A DNA stretch of 64,000 nt, from contig NW_024704743.1 of NCBI RefSeq assembly GCF_018977255.1, positions 38,938,001 to 39,002,000 of the forward strand, read 5' to 3'. Position 1 is the stretch's first letter, and every line of letters begins with the position of its first letter. The notes under the pieces are model-generated. The model was not told where the DNA came from. It did not search any database and saw only the letters and a program-made list of their open reading frames with translations. Positions 1 to 13,060 of the stretch are shown piece by piece. Source of the DNA: Callorhinchus milii (taxonomy: Eukaryota). A program made the position numbers and the translations under genes.

Positions 1-965
1 GGTGAGGGGAGGGAAGGGAGGGAGCGAGGAGAGGGGAAATGGTCAGGGTGAGGGGAGGGAGGGAGCGAGGAGGGGGAAGAGAGTCGAGAGGGGAGCTGAA
101 GGCACGGTCAAAGAGAAAGGTTTTGAGACCGGCCTTGAAGGAGGAAAGGGAGGAAGCGGCGAAGGCACTGGGGGATGGAGTTCCAGAGCCTGGGGGCTGA
201 GAGGCTGAAGGCCCGGCCACCGATGGTAGGGCGGTTGGGGCGGGGGACGTGGAGCAGACCGGAGCCGGAGGAACGGAGGGTACGGGCAGGTAGGTAGGGG
301 GATAGTAGGTTGGAGAGGTAGGAGGGAGCAAGGCCGTGAATGGCCTTGTAGGTGAGGGTGAGGATCTTGAAATCGATCCTCTGGGGGATGGGGAGCCAGT
401 GGAGGCGAGCGAGGGTGGGAGTGATGTGGTCCCGAAGCCTGGTGCGGGACAGTACACGAGCTGCAGAGTTCTGAATGACCTGCAGCTTGTGGAGGGAGGT
501 GGCGGGAAGGCCGGCGAGGAGAGAGTTCCCATAGTCCAGCCTTGAGGTGACAAAGGCGTGGACCAGAGTTTCAGCAGCGTGAGGGGTGAGGTAGTGCCGT
601 AGTCTGGCGATGTTCCGAAGGTGATGGAAGGCGGTGCCAGTTGTGGTGCGGATGTGAGGGAGAAAGGACAGCTCAGGGTCGAACAAAACGCCGAGGTTCC
701 TGACTGGCTTTGAGAGGTGGAGAGTGCAGCCTTGGATGCTGAAGCTGTCAGCGCCTGAGGTGCGGAGGCGCTGACGTGAGCCAATCAGGAGGGCCTCGGT
801 TTTTCGCACGTTGAGCTGAAGAAAGTTGTCTCTCGTCCAGGACTCGATGTCGGACAGGCAGGCTGTCAGGACATCGGTGGTCGTGGAGTTGAGAGTAGAG
901 GAGGAAAGGTAGAGTTGGGTATCATCCGCATACATGTGGAAGTTAACTCCATGTCTGCGGACATG
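1..965 (-). mobile_element. Young 5'-truncated L2-clade LINE (C-terminal ORF2 and start of 3'UTR)
   Basis: ORF 108-983 with RT motif HMYADDTQLY and L2 motifs SRLDYGNSLL, LHWLPI, RIDFKIL; CpGs retained; only a small frameshift near the ORF end. Confidence 0.93.
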
Positions 966-1371
966 GACTCCAACCTTCCACAATAATTAGAAGAGAGCAA
1001 CACATCCAGATCCAACTGCAACTTCCAAGGTGCTCTATCCAAATCTGATCAATAGAGGGCATGAACATTCAAGCTTACATACAGTATCTCACTGTACTGA
1101 AAGAAATACTCTAAGCAAATGAACCAATTTGAAGTGTACAGTAGCAAGCCTGAAACTCATAAGCCACTTCCTCTTCCTAGTTCTTCCCCTCAAGCAACAA
1201 ATCACCCCCTTTTTATTCAATAACATTCAAGAAAGCACCTTGCTTATCTTCACTTGGGTATGCACAGGATCATATTGTTGCACATCACAAGACACAAATC
1301 AGATTTAGATCAAAGCGCTGGAAGAGCAGCATCCTATAGCAAAGATGCACACGCCTACCTCAGTTAATAAC

Positions 1372-1700
1372 AATAATAATCCTTGCGTTTAATATTGCGC
1401 ATTATCACATCATCAAGTTGTCTCAGAGTTTTACAGGAATTACTATGAAGTGTAGTGACTGTATTTGTAGGTGAATGCAGCAGTCAATTTGCGCACAGCA
1501 GTGTCCCACAAAAAGCCATGAAGTGAGCAGTTTTATCTGGGGGATTGTTGGCCAGGACCTCTTTCTCTTTTGAAATGTCATGGAATCTTTAACATCCACC
1601 TGAACCGGCAGAGCCTTGATTTAACGCATCATCCAAAGGATAGCACCTCTGACAGTGCAACACACCAGCAGCGTCAGCCTCGACTGTGAACTCAAATCCC
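1372..1700 (-). mobile_element. DeuSINE (SacSINE1-like) fragment
   Basis: Reverse complement of the central domain and the tgtgggacactgctgtgcgcaaattg...caaggattatt tail seen in the 13740-14182 copy. Confidence 0.7.
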
Positions 1701-2681
1701 CAATGTGGGGCTTTAACCAATAACCGGAACTCACTTCTGACGAGTCTAGAAGACGGGAATGCTACGGAGCCAGGCTGACAGCTGTAATGAGATTTAATGA
1801 AAAGCTGATGTAACTGTCCAGTAAGCTGCAGTTCTGCATCGTTCCCAGTTTTGCTCCACACTCATTCACCTTCACAATCTCTGTGACTCTTACAAATCCA
1901 GACCAGAACATTTTGTTATATTCTGCAATGGAATACAAATAGGAAAACAATCTACAGCTGGCATTTAACTCATATTGTACTGAAGCTCTGTGAGGCTGAC
2001 AATTTGATTTTCTGGACCCAACGGCTATTAACTGGACTCAAATTTGATCCGGTCATGCTTCACACTCTCAAAATAAACCCCCCTACTTTTAAACTGCATC
2101 GATTGGACAGTGGGTCCTGCCTTCATTCCTGGGTTTAAAGGTCGACTCATACCTCAGCTAGACAAACAGCTCACATTTAAAGCATGGATATAAATCTCAA
2201 ATAACCATGTACATTAGTTATTAGCTCTCAGCAACCACCACACTCTGATATAAGAGCTTGACCTTTCTATATTGCATAAGATACTTTCACTCTTATGCCC
2301 ACAAAATGCTTAGCTCCTGAGGATTGTATTACAAAGAGAAAGTGCGAACAATTTCCACCCTCCCAATTTTCTCCTCTCCTGAAGTGCTAACTCATGCTCC
2401 AATACAGTCCCATGGGTCCTGGCAACTTTCCAGTAACCCCTTCAAGTAGCCATTTTTTACAGAAAAGACCATTCAGTTCACTCAATCGAGATACAATCAT
2501 GATTTTTCAACTCTTTTCAAACCCACCGTTGCTGAACGCTGACAATTTAATAATCCTTGTTATAGTGTCTACGACTTCAAAATGCCTCAAGGCAAGGTAA
2601 TTGTGGCAATTACAATTTAGAGGCAAAAAAACAAGCATATTGTGCCCAGTAAGGTGCCATAAACAATCATGAAGTGAATTA

Positions 2682-2950
2682 TAATTATCCTTGCATTTGA
2701 TATGAATACCTTATGGTGTAATCAAGTCACCTCAAGGCGCTTCATAGAATATACTACAAAGTAATGTAACTGTGTATTTGTAGGCAAATGCAGCAGCTAA
2801 TTTGTGAATAGCAATGAACAGAATATCCAAATTTGTATCTGGAGGATTGTTGGCCATGACACTGGGAGAAACTTTCTTTTTTTCGAATAGTGACATAGGA
2901 TCATTAACATCCACCTAAACCGGCAGATGGGACCTGGCTTTATCCAGGGG
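2682..2950 (-). mobile_element. DeuSINE (SacSINE1-like) fragment
   Basis: atccttgcatttgatat...taacatccacctaaaccggcagatgggacc. Confidence 0.7.
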
Positions 2951-3330
2951 TAGCGTCCTGGAGCGCTCGATAATGGCAGAGTCTGATCCCGAGCCAGTGG
3001 GCGAGGGAGTGGGGAGGTGACCTTAAGCACGATCAAAATGAAAGGTCTTTAGGTGGGATTTGAAATTGGGGAGGGGTGAAGCAAGGTAGAGGGATTGAGG
3101 GAGAGAGTTCCAGAGCGTAGTTGTGGAAGGCACGGTCACCGATGGTGGAGAGCTGGAGACAAGGGACAAACAGGAGGCTGGAGCCAGCCGAGCGAAGGCA
3201 GCGAGTGGTGGAGTGGGCGGTAAGCATTTCGGATAGGTAGGGAGGTGCGAGAGCATGAAGGGATTTGAAAACAAGTGGAAGGATCTTGAAATCAATCCGT
3301 TCGGTAATTGGGAGCCTCTGACCAGCATGG
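2950..3330 (-). mobile_element. L2 LINE 3' fragment
   Basis: Degenerate LWNSLPQSL...FKSHLKTFHFDRA; similar to 1-965. Confidence 0.8.
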
Positions 3331-3669
3331 CGTTGGGAGTGTCAGCCTAAACTATGATCTTAAGACCTTGAGCAGGCTTGAACCCATAAACAGCTCACCC
3401 ACAGAGAAGTTATATTGAATGAGCGATACTGACACCTGATAAATGGCAGCCAAGGCAGAAAATAAAAGCAAGTTTCCCAGTCTGACACTGAAAAATGGAA
3501 GGTGCCCTCAGGACAATGTAAGTAAACATACATCTAATCCTTTTTGAAGATTAAACACAAAGGAATAACTACTTATGTCAGCAAGGGTGCTTGAAAAAGC
3601 ATCTTAACTATACTGTCTGGTAAATGATGTATTAGCTAATCTCAGTTGGTTGCAATGCTGCTGCGGGGG

Positions 3670-4030
3670 CAGAAGGTTGTGGGTTCAAGCCCGTATTTAA
3701 CTTTAATTTTCAATACTGGAATGACGCATTCCAGAAGCTCTATACTTCAGTTGAAATCTTAAATCCAGTTTACCTATTCCTCAGGTTGAAGTTAAAGATC
3801 TCTCAGTCTATTTGAAAAAAGAAGGGTTTCTCTTGGCCACCAATACTCCAGATTACTGTTCTTTCATTTTGTGGTTGGTTTGGAGACGTTTGTTGGCACA
3901 AAATTACTGCATTGTTTCAATACAAAATGCTCTTACGTCTGCCTACAAAAACAGTCACTGCACAAGAGAGTAATTACCATGAAGCGCCTGAAGATGTTTC
4001 AACATAGTGTGTCATAAAAATGCAAGATGT
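3670..4030 (+). mobile_element. Old DeuSINE copy
   Basis: agaaggttgtgggttcaagccc...gttaaagatc...tgcctacaaaaacagtcactgcac...aaatgcaag. Confidence 0.55.
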
Positions 4031-4804
4031 TTTTCTTAGAGTGAAATCTCTGGTATTATTGCACTCTGTATTGTTAACTGAACTTCCTGAAACATATTCT
4101 CATAGGTCAGGTATACCTTTTGATATCTCAGGCACAATGCAGACTGCTAGATTATGTGAAATAGATGTGTAAGTGATGTTCAAAATGTATACACAACAGG
4201 AAAGTCAAAATTTATTACATGCCAATCAATAGAAATAATCTTAGTTACCAAAACACTGCATAACAATATCTGCGCAATAGCCTCAATGCAAAGTACAAAA
4301 GTTATCAATGTATCTTGTACTTTTCGATTGTTAATACAACTATTCTGAAAATGAAAACATGGAGAGGAAGCAATGGTTGTCATGATACCTCTCTATGCTA
4401 GTACAGTAGTGCCAGACCATCATACTTGCTACACTGACATCAACAACCAAGTTTAATAACAGTGATCTGTTTACACAACACGTTTCAACATATTATATCA
4501 GCTGCAGTACTTTGTCTTGAGAAATTTCAAAAAAACTGATAAACATTTTATTTGGAACAAGCCCAGTATTGCAGCTGTTCTGAATTCATTTTACTGTGAA
4601 TTCAAGGCTGCAATACCAAGACTGCCAACTTCTACAGTAAACACAACACTTGGACAATCAGGAGGTACACAAATGGCAGGTGTGTGTGTGTGTGTGTTGG
4701 GGGAATAGAGGGAAGTAAAGAACATTGGTCTGAATGGCCTCCCCTTCAGATCTCGGGACATTTCATAAGGAAATATTAAAAAGGTATATTAAAATCATTA
4801 ATAA

Positions 4805-5295
4805 GTGACAGGAAGCCAGAGCTAGCCAAGCAGAAGCCTCGGGTGGTGGAGTGGGTGGGGTGGGGTAAGCAAGTTGGATATGTAGGGAGGTGTGAGGGCA
4901 TGAAAGGATTTGAAAACATGTGAGAGAATCTTGAAATCGATCTGTTCAGTAATTGGGAGCCAGTGGAGCCTGGCAAAGACTGGTGTGATGGGGTTACTGA
5001 GTTTTGTGTTGGTGAGTAATTGGGCGGCGGAGTTTTGGATTAATTAAATTTTGTGTATAGTGGAGCTGGGGAGACAACAACAACAACAAGATTACATTTG
5101 TATAGCACCTTTCACGTCAGGAGGACGTCCCAAGGCGCTGGACAGCGTACAGCATTTCAGACCCGCACTGGGGTCAGGGGATATACAGACCAGCGAGGAG
5201 GGCATCGGAATAGTCCAGCCGGGAAGTGACAAAGATGTGGACTAGGGTTCCTGCTGTGTTGGTTGTGAGGTACGGACAGAGGCGGGCAATGACCT
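4805..5295 (-). mobile_element. Cluster of nested L2 fragments, including a (CAA)n-tailed 3' end at 5076-5180
   Basis: SRLDYSDALLAGL remnant; L2 tail ttcacgtcaggaggacgtccc. Confidence 0.75.
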
Positions 5296-6789
5296 GACTA
5301 TGTATAGATCCCCTTGGAAATGGCACGTTCTTCCATGTTATAAGTACCAAAACAGCCTGTGCGCAAAGCTGTGAAATCAAAAACTGTGAATAAATAAGTG
5401 CACCATCTGCACCTCAGAATATTTGAGCAGACGGTTGTTGTTGTTTCAGGGGATATCACATTAGGTTAATATCCTCTGAGCTGTCAACTGTAAATCCCTG
5501 TGTAATGTTAACCGAGTTTGTCCTTTTCAACATCTCACAAGTTATTGCCTATACCTGAATCTCTGGAAAACCAGAGTTTGTGTTGCACCAAAACCTTGGC
5601 CACTCCACCCAAACCCAGCCACAGCATCAACATTTTACCATTTTATTAATAGTGATTCCTTGATAAGGAATTTGTGCAGGGACTCCTTCCAATAACTGGA
5701 AGTGCTGTCACACAGACCCAGTGGAACTCAGCTCCAAACCTAGATCACACCAGAGCAGAGATTCCACGTGTCATACTTCACCTTTGCGTATTGAGAAATC
5801 CCACTGGAAAGCACAGCACACCAGTGCCATCGTCTCTGACAATCAGTCTGAGAGACTATGCCGCTGTTGTAGAAAATACTGCGAATGATTTCAAATGTTT
5901 TGAAGTGAAAGCGTATCTCAGAAGCTGGTCTCTCGTTTCCTCTTGCGAATGATTGACACACGAAATACGTGGGAGGTCCTGCATGATGATATGAACTTGG
6001 GACCAGGCCAGCTCTTCTCCACAATCTTCTCTGGCTGCTCCCTCAGTCCCACCAGTTAAACCCAATCCAATTTGCCGTGGCCACTAATCATCTGCACCAC
6101 AGTTGCTAAGAACAGGTGTTCATCATGTTACAGCTGGCAAAGCGACAGGACTATTTTCATTTAGACATGACTAAATGCCTCGTGCTCTTTGTATGATAAG
6201 TAAACCCGCCCAGAGATAAACGCAGTCAACTTGCCTCCCTTTCCCGGACCACATGACCCAACTATGTGTAGCCCTTCTTGGAAACATCACGTTCTTGCAT
6301 GTAATAGATTCCAAAAGAGCCCTCGTGCAAAGCTGTGCAACATAAAACTATGCGAGTAAATAAGAGCTCAGAGAGGTGCATGACAAAACATACTCCAGAC
6401 AACAAATCAGAGGAGTAGATGACTCAGAATTCTTATAGATAGCTAACCCAAGACTCATCCCTTCACAACAACATTTTCAGAAGAATATACTCTTCTGGCT
6501 TTCTGAAGATGGACAAGAAATAGAATACAGTCTGCTTCACCCATTACTGTAAATTGGGTAGCCTGTGTCATTATACACAAATGACTCGAAGTCGGGCCAG
6601 TTCATGATAGCTGCACCCAAATATGATGTTTTTTATCAAGGACACAAAGCTGTAGAGAGGTAATTCATCTAGAATACTTCATGCCAGAATAACTGAACAT
6701 TTCCTTTGAGTGGGGAGGTAAACCCAGGTCCTATAAGCCTATAAAACAATGGGTCATTCATACCACTGCTGTTTCTGGGATTTGCTGCC

Positions 6790-7296
6790 CTCATTCACAT
6801 GTTCATCATATCTAGACTCGACTACCCCAAATCCCTGCTTGTTGGCCTTCCAAACCTTAGCTCCACGAGCTGCAGACCATCCAGAACTCTGCAGCTCGTG
6901 TCTTCGTCCACACCAGATTCCGTGACTCTATCACCCCCACCCTTGTCGGCTCCACTGGCTCCCTCAGAGGATAGAGTTCAAAATCCTTGTCCTTGAGTTC
7001 AAGGCTCTCCACGGCCTTGCCCCCTTCCTACTTCGGTGACCTACTAACCCCATATCAACCATGTCCGTTTTCTCTGCTCAGCGTGCTCCGACCTGCTCCA
7101 CGTCCCCCGCCTGGCCCACACCACCATCCTCTCTGCCTCCACTCTTTGGAACTCCATCCCACATTTTCTTCTTTGCCTCCTTCAAGGCCCTCCACCCTCC
7201 CTGATCCCAACGCCCACTGCTTGGGTCCAAATCCCTGACTGTCCAGCGGCTTGGGACGTTCTCCCGATGTGAAAGGTGCTATACAATTGTAATTCT
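6790..7296 (+). mobile_element. L2 LINE 3' fragment
   Basis: SRLDYPKSLLVGLP remnant; tail gggacgttctcccgatgtgaaaggtgctatac. Confidence 0.8.
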
Positions 7297-8423
7297 GTAT
7301 AGTATTTGAGCATGAACCAACAGTCGCTACATTTCAAAGAAACTTATTGTGTGAAATGTGAGATATTGCAATGTGATAACGCACAAAATCAATTTGCTTA
7401 TATAATGGTATACTATTTATTAAATGTGCTCAATATCTGAAAGTCTTAAGTAACTAATCATAACATTTGACGTTGACAATTGAATTGTTTGGTAGATTAT
7501 CCAACAGATGATTGGGAAGTCTTAATGGCCATAAGTGGAGGGTGACAAAGGATTTCCAGACAATACAAATATATAATCTTCCAATATACACATTCAAAAA
7601 TAATAATATATTTGCAATTAGTATAGCACCTTATCACATCGTTGAGACTTCTCAAAGCACTTCACAGGATATACTGTAAAGTGAATTAACTGTTTTTTGT
7701 GGGCGAATAAGAATATTTCTGGTCTCAGGAGCATCTGGAGAGATAAAAACAAATTCCTGACACTTGGAAGAACTGCTGAACTCATTAATAAGGGCCATCT
7801 AGAGATTGGCATGCTTTGTATTACAGTTCACTCTGTTCTATGCTATTTGTTTTCAATTAAACAGGTCTTACCAATGGGGTGTCTCAGCAGATGTTTAACG
7901 GCTTGGAATAGGCTACTAGTCTACAATCTCTTGCAGCAGTAGTGTATTTCAAGTTCACAGAGTATGTTGCAGCATCCAATACCTACACAACTAGATGTGT
8001 GATTCCTTAAGTTTCCAAGGGTGCTGACACTTGTTAATATCCAGATACTTCATGGTTGCCAATCATACAGGATAAAAAGCCAGTTTTTCTCATTGAAAAA
8101 TAGGGTAGTTATTCTGGAAGGAATGAACTGAAGGATGTTCTTCATCTGAAACTCTTGTGATCTTGTTGTTATGCTAAATAGGAACTTGAAATTTATCGAT
8201 CGTAGATTGTCAATACCAGAATATCTAAATAATGTGACGTTCTCAAAGATAAATTCTTCAAATTCAATAGACCTATTCTTTCTATGGTGTACATGAGCAA
8301 AATATATTCTACTGAGGGGATGAATACTTTCAAAGTCCACTGAAGTACTGAAAGTAATGCCACCAGATAAAAAGGCAGTCATCATTATGAAGGGTTATGC
8401 AAAATATTTAAATAATTTACACA

Positions 8424-8714
8424 GTTCAGTGGTTAGAGCACTCGCCTTGCAAGTGAGACCTGTGTTCGATTCCCGGCAGGGCAAAACCTTAGGCAAGTTT
8501 CCTTACTCCACACGCCTAATAATAATCCCTCAAGAAAAAAAATAAAATAATAAAATTGGTCAATTCAATCCACAACTGCTTGTGGGACACTGCTGTGCTC
8601 AATTGGCTGCCGCATTTCGCCCACAAATATACAGTCAATTCACTTTACAGTATATTCTGTGAAGCGCTTTGAGACATCTAGAAGACTATATCAAGTGCAA
8701 GGATTATTATTATT
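8424..8714 (+). mobile_element. tRNA-derived SINE, short subfamily
   Basis: cagtggttagagcactcgccttgcaag...gttcgattccc head; ends gcaaggattattatt. Confidence 0.85.
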
Positions 8715-9405
8715 TTTAAAACCTGATAAACTACACTAAATGTTTGATGGTTCCACTACAGTTAATGTAAAGTAACACTGACACTATCAGGTCACGTGTA
8801 CAGTGACAAAGCAGAACAGCAGAATTGCTAAGCAGGAAAGGGGGAGTCCATTACGTTTGTAATCTTGCTTTAAAAATCCATAACTCAAGGAAAAATAATG
8901 TCACTGACTGTCCCCAGGAGCCATCTTCTGTATGCATTTATCAGTATATTGTGTGCAGAATTCTAATGTCCTATTTGTGCTAGACTTTGGGGTTAGGTGG
9001 GGAAGGTGCTGAAAACAGAGTGATTTTAGGATTTGTGGTTTGCAACCAGAAGCTACTTGCTGAAATCACTGCAAGCAATGGCTAATAAATCGCTTAACAT
9101 TGGTACACGACAAACAAAGTGGGTGAGAATCAATTTGACTTCAACTCAAAAAGTGACCTTTAAAGGTTCTTGGTTAGTCCATTGTCACAATCATTGGTGT
9201 TTAGCAGACATTAATGAAGCTCTGTGCAGAATACTGTACGAATATGGAATGAGAGATAGACAGCTCAGACTTGGTTATAAATTTCCAACTCAAAGAAATG
9301 AAAGAATTCAAAATGTTTGAAAAGCTACAAATGGCGACGAGACACCAACAATGCACACAATCTCTTCCTTATACAGTCTTTCCCCCTCCACCTCCACTGC
9401 TGTGC

Positions 9406-9741
9406 GGTCCTGTAGCTCAGTGGTTAGAGCACTCGCCTTGCAAGCGAGAGACCTGGGTTTGATTCCTGGCAGGGCGAAATGTTGCCAAGTTTCTTTACTC
9501 CATACCTTTGCTTGCCTAGCAGTAAGTTGTTACCTGGTTCTTAGTCGATTGGCGGATTGCTTTTCCGGGGGTAATAATTCCTTCATAAAAAAATAAATTG
9601 GTCACTCAATCCACAATTGTTTGTGGGACACTGCTGTGCACAATTGGCTGCCACATTTCGCCCACAAAATACAGTATATTCTGTGAAGCGCTTTGAGCTT
9701 GACTTGATAAGGCGCTATGTCAAATGCAAGGATTATTATTA
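9406..9741 (+). mobile_element. tRNA-derived SINE, long subfamily
   Basis: Full head gtcctgtagctcagtgg; extra block cctagcagtaag...ttagtcgattggcgga; (ATT)n tail. Confidence 0.85.
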
Positions 9742-12061
9742 CGTTATGAAACAAAAGGAGAAACACAAACATTTTCTGTGTCCCTCCTTTTATTTTGTAA
9801 AATTAAAATCCTTTATTAGTCACCAGAAGCCAAATAGAAACCTTCTAAATTGGCTCCCGCAGAATTGGAGTGAAACAGCTGTCCCGCAACCTCAAGACCT
9901 GACAAGAGAGGCTTTCTAGCAGGCTGTTCACAACCAAAACACTCCACTCAGCCTCTTACTACTGCTTGGGATTTTCAACAAGTCGCCCAGTAAACCTTTC
10001 CTTTCATTTGCTTTTTTAAATAAGGGCTGATTTGACTTCAAGGTAAGGTATTGTTGGCTTCTACAATTTCCTGACATAACCCAGGTACTCGATGGGACCA
10101 AGCGGACTTCTGAACAATCAATCAACAGTAAACAGTGCCTGGCAGGTCAAGGAGAGCTTCATTCAACTCTCAGGTCATGATGTTCTTAGCACAGGAAAGC
10201 ATTGTTAGGGATAAACAGAGGCATGGCATGTACTTATGCTGCCTGAAACATGTGCAAGAAGCCTTACTGTGTGTATTATATATATTTTTTTAACTTGCTA
10301 CAGGCTTGCTCACAATTACAGAATATTTCTGCTTTTGGTAAAATCTACCACCAATCTCACCTAGTCCCCAATTAGTCTCTTAAAATGTCTTCAAAATTAT
10401 CTTTTTACAAGCGAAACAAATGGCGATCCACAGCTTGACAATTCTTGACAAACACACTTTTCTCCCGTGAACAACTGTTACACATCCATACAAATACTTT
10501 GCAAATTATAGAGACTTTATATTCCGGTGATGTACTGATTGACAAAACATTTTATTATAATCTACGCTTTTCTCTCACTTTGCTGGCTAATAAATCCAGG
10601 CAAGTGAGGACCAGAAGGATAAAGGAAGAAAACAGAATGTCTGTTCAATAATCCAAGGGATAAGGTAGAATGAATTGAAAGCAAGGAACAATATAGTTAA
10701 TGTACTGCCTTCACTAACATTTATATAAATAAGGAAGAGACAGGCATGTTTAAAACATACAAATTCGCTTATCCCTAAGATATAACGTCAGTAGCGTTGC
10801 ACAATAAGTATAAATGTCACTTAGTGCAGAACCAAACTCTGCACTTACAGCAGCACATTAGTTGATTATTAATGTAATCACTGCTGCAGTCAAACACTAA
10901 ACACATGCCAAAATAATTACCTTACTGCTGATCTAAAGTCATCACTGTCAGCCATTTAGAAAGTTCTTATAAACTCTGGTCTGTGGCAACAACTGCACAC
11001 AATATTTAAGAAGCTATAAGCCAGAATCAAGCTTTTTTTCTTCGTCGGGGTGTCTTTAGGAAGGACAAGCAATGTTTCCTCTGACTCGAACGAGCGTGAT
11101 ATGAATGTGAATGACTCTGTGTCTAGTTATCCCTTCGGCTGGCTGTTTCTAAAAATACCAAAAAGGTCACAATGCATTCCAAGAACTGCCAAGCTCGACT
11201 GCGCTAGAATACAGACGCGTTTTTATTTCAGAATATGGAGTAATGCCTTGTAAATTTCTCACTGATCAGCAAACATTTATGAAAATGTACTGCAGTTCCC
11301 ATCCTCGTCTATGGGTGGACAAACAGGTCCGTGAACAGGTCTGACATACATTACCTGGGAAATATGATCTGTATATTTGCGAACAGGATCTTACAACTGT
11401 CACAAAGTGCCAGCTCAAGTCCAGGAAAAACATTTTCGGTGGGGAGGGGGGGGGGAGGAGGAGGAGTGAGAAGGGAGAAAGAATCGCTTTTCTTTTCACT
11501 TCCATGCCATGTGTGAACTACGTCTATGACTATGTCCATACAGTAACCAAAGTGTATCATGGCGGCATGGGAACTCCACTGTGATGCGATCTTCTTCTGT
11601 AGCATTCTGTAGCAGTGTTCGTGGGCATTGGAGTAATGCGCATCTGGTAACCTGCAAGTCACTAATTGCAGTCTTGCATGCCATACAATGCATATTGATG
11701 GCATACCAGGCAAAGAAATAGGCAAGAAAAGAGCTCAGTTCACCACACTTAAGAATTTCCAAACAAGACTTCTAAATTAAGACCGAGTTTAAGAATGTAC
11801 CAACATGCTACACAATTTTAAATGTCATAATGGTTTTAAAGACCATGACAATTTTGAGTGGATGGCGATTGGTGTTGGCTACTATGCATCTCCCTCCCCA
11901 CAAAGGTCATATAATCTGCTGGCAATTACTCTCTTGGCTGACAGACAAATTGTGATCACCCAATCAAGAGACTGGAGAACCAGCAATGTGGGACCATATC
12001 TCAGCCGAGCACAAGTCTGAGTCTTCAGGAAACGTTGAAACCATCATTGATTTCATGTTAT

Positions 12062-12404
12062 CATCATAATTCTTGAATTTGATATAATACCTTATTACGT
12101 CATTGAGACATCTCAAAGCTCTTCACAGAATATATATATATATATAAACACACTGTAAAGTGTAAACTGTACACAAACACAACAGCTAATTGCGAGGAGC
12201 AGTGTGCCACAAACAGTCGTGGATTGAGTGACCAAATTATTATTATTTTTAAAGGGATTATTACCCCCAGAAAGCAATCTGCCAATCGACTAACTATCAG
12301 GTTCCTACTTACCACTCGGTAAACAAAGGAGTAAGGAAACTTGCCTAAGATTTCACCCGCCCGGGAATTGAACTCGGGTCCTCACTTGGGAGGTGTGTGC
12401 TCTG
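12062..12404 (-). mobile_element. tRNA-derived SINE, long subfamily, degenerate
   Basis: gccaatcgactaac...ggagtaaggaaacttgcc...gaattgaactc. Confidence 0.75.
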
Positions 12405-12697
12405 TGGCGTGCTGTTAGCAGCATCCCCGTGAATTGGAACACACATCTGCAAGAGTCACTCATTGTAGTTGAAAAAAATGCAATATTCTCAACAAGCCGT
12501 CAGAGTTAACTCACCGCAGACATTATTCCTATATGAAATATTTATGGTACTGAAAGCAGAAGAAGAGGCAACTGCGGCCTCCAACAGTTGTTTTAAAGCC
12601 AATTAGTAAGCCTGAGAAAAGATCTGGAAAGGACTTTCTTGTACCATACTGGCATTTGCTGTCTCAAAAATGTCCTGTTATATTTACAAATAGACAG

Positions 12698-13060
12698 TTA
12701 ACAACAACATTCATTTATATAGTGCCTTCCACGCCGTGCGGCGTCTCAGAGCGCTTAACAATGGCGGAGCCCGAGGCAGAGCCAGGGGGGAGGGGGAAGG
12801 TGACCATAGCCACGGTTGAAGTGGAAGGTCTTCAGGCCCGACCTAAAAATGGAGAAGGAGGGGGCGAGGCTAAGGGTTTGAGGGAGGGAGTTCCAAAGTT
12901 TCGGGATGTAATGGCTGATGGTGGAGCGGAGGATTTGGGGGACACGCAGGAGGGGGGACACAGTAGAGCGGAGGCAGAGGGTACTGTCGTGGTGAGATAG
13001 TAGGTGAGAGAGATGGGGGTGCCAAGAAATGGAGGGATTTAAACATTAGAGTGAGGATTT
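12698..13060 (-). mobile_element. L2 LINE 3' fragment (different subfamily)
   Basis: PKLWNSLPQTLSLAPSFSIFRSGLKTFHF; (CAA)n tail; similar to the 3' end at 48292. Confidence 0.8.

Noticed and set aside
108..983. 291-aa ORF as a host gene
   Set aside because: It is truncated L2 ORF2
8050..8385. 111-aa minus-strand ORF
   Set aside because: No recognisable motif or exon boundaries; a length expected by chance in 64 kb
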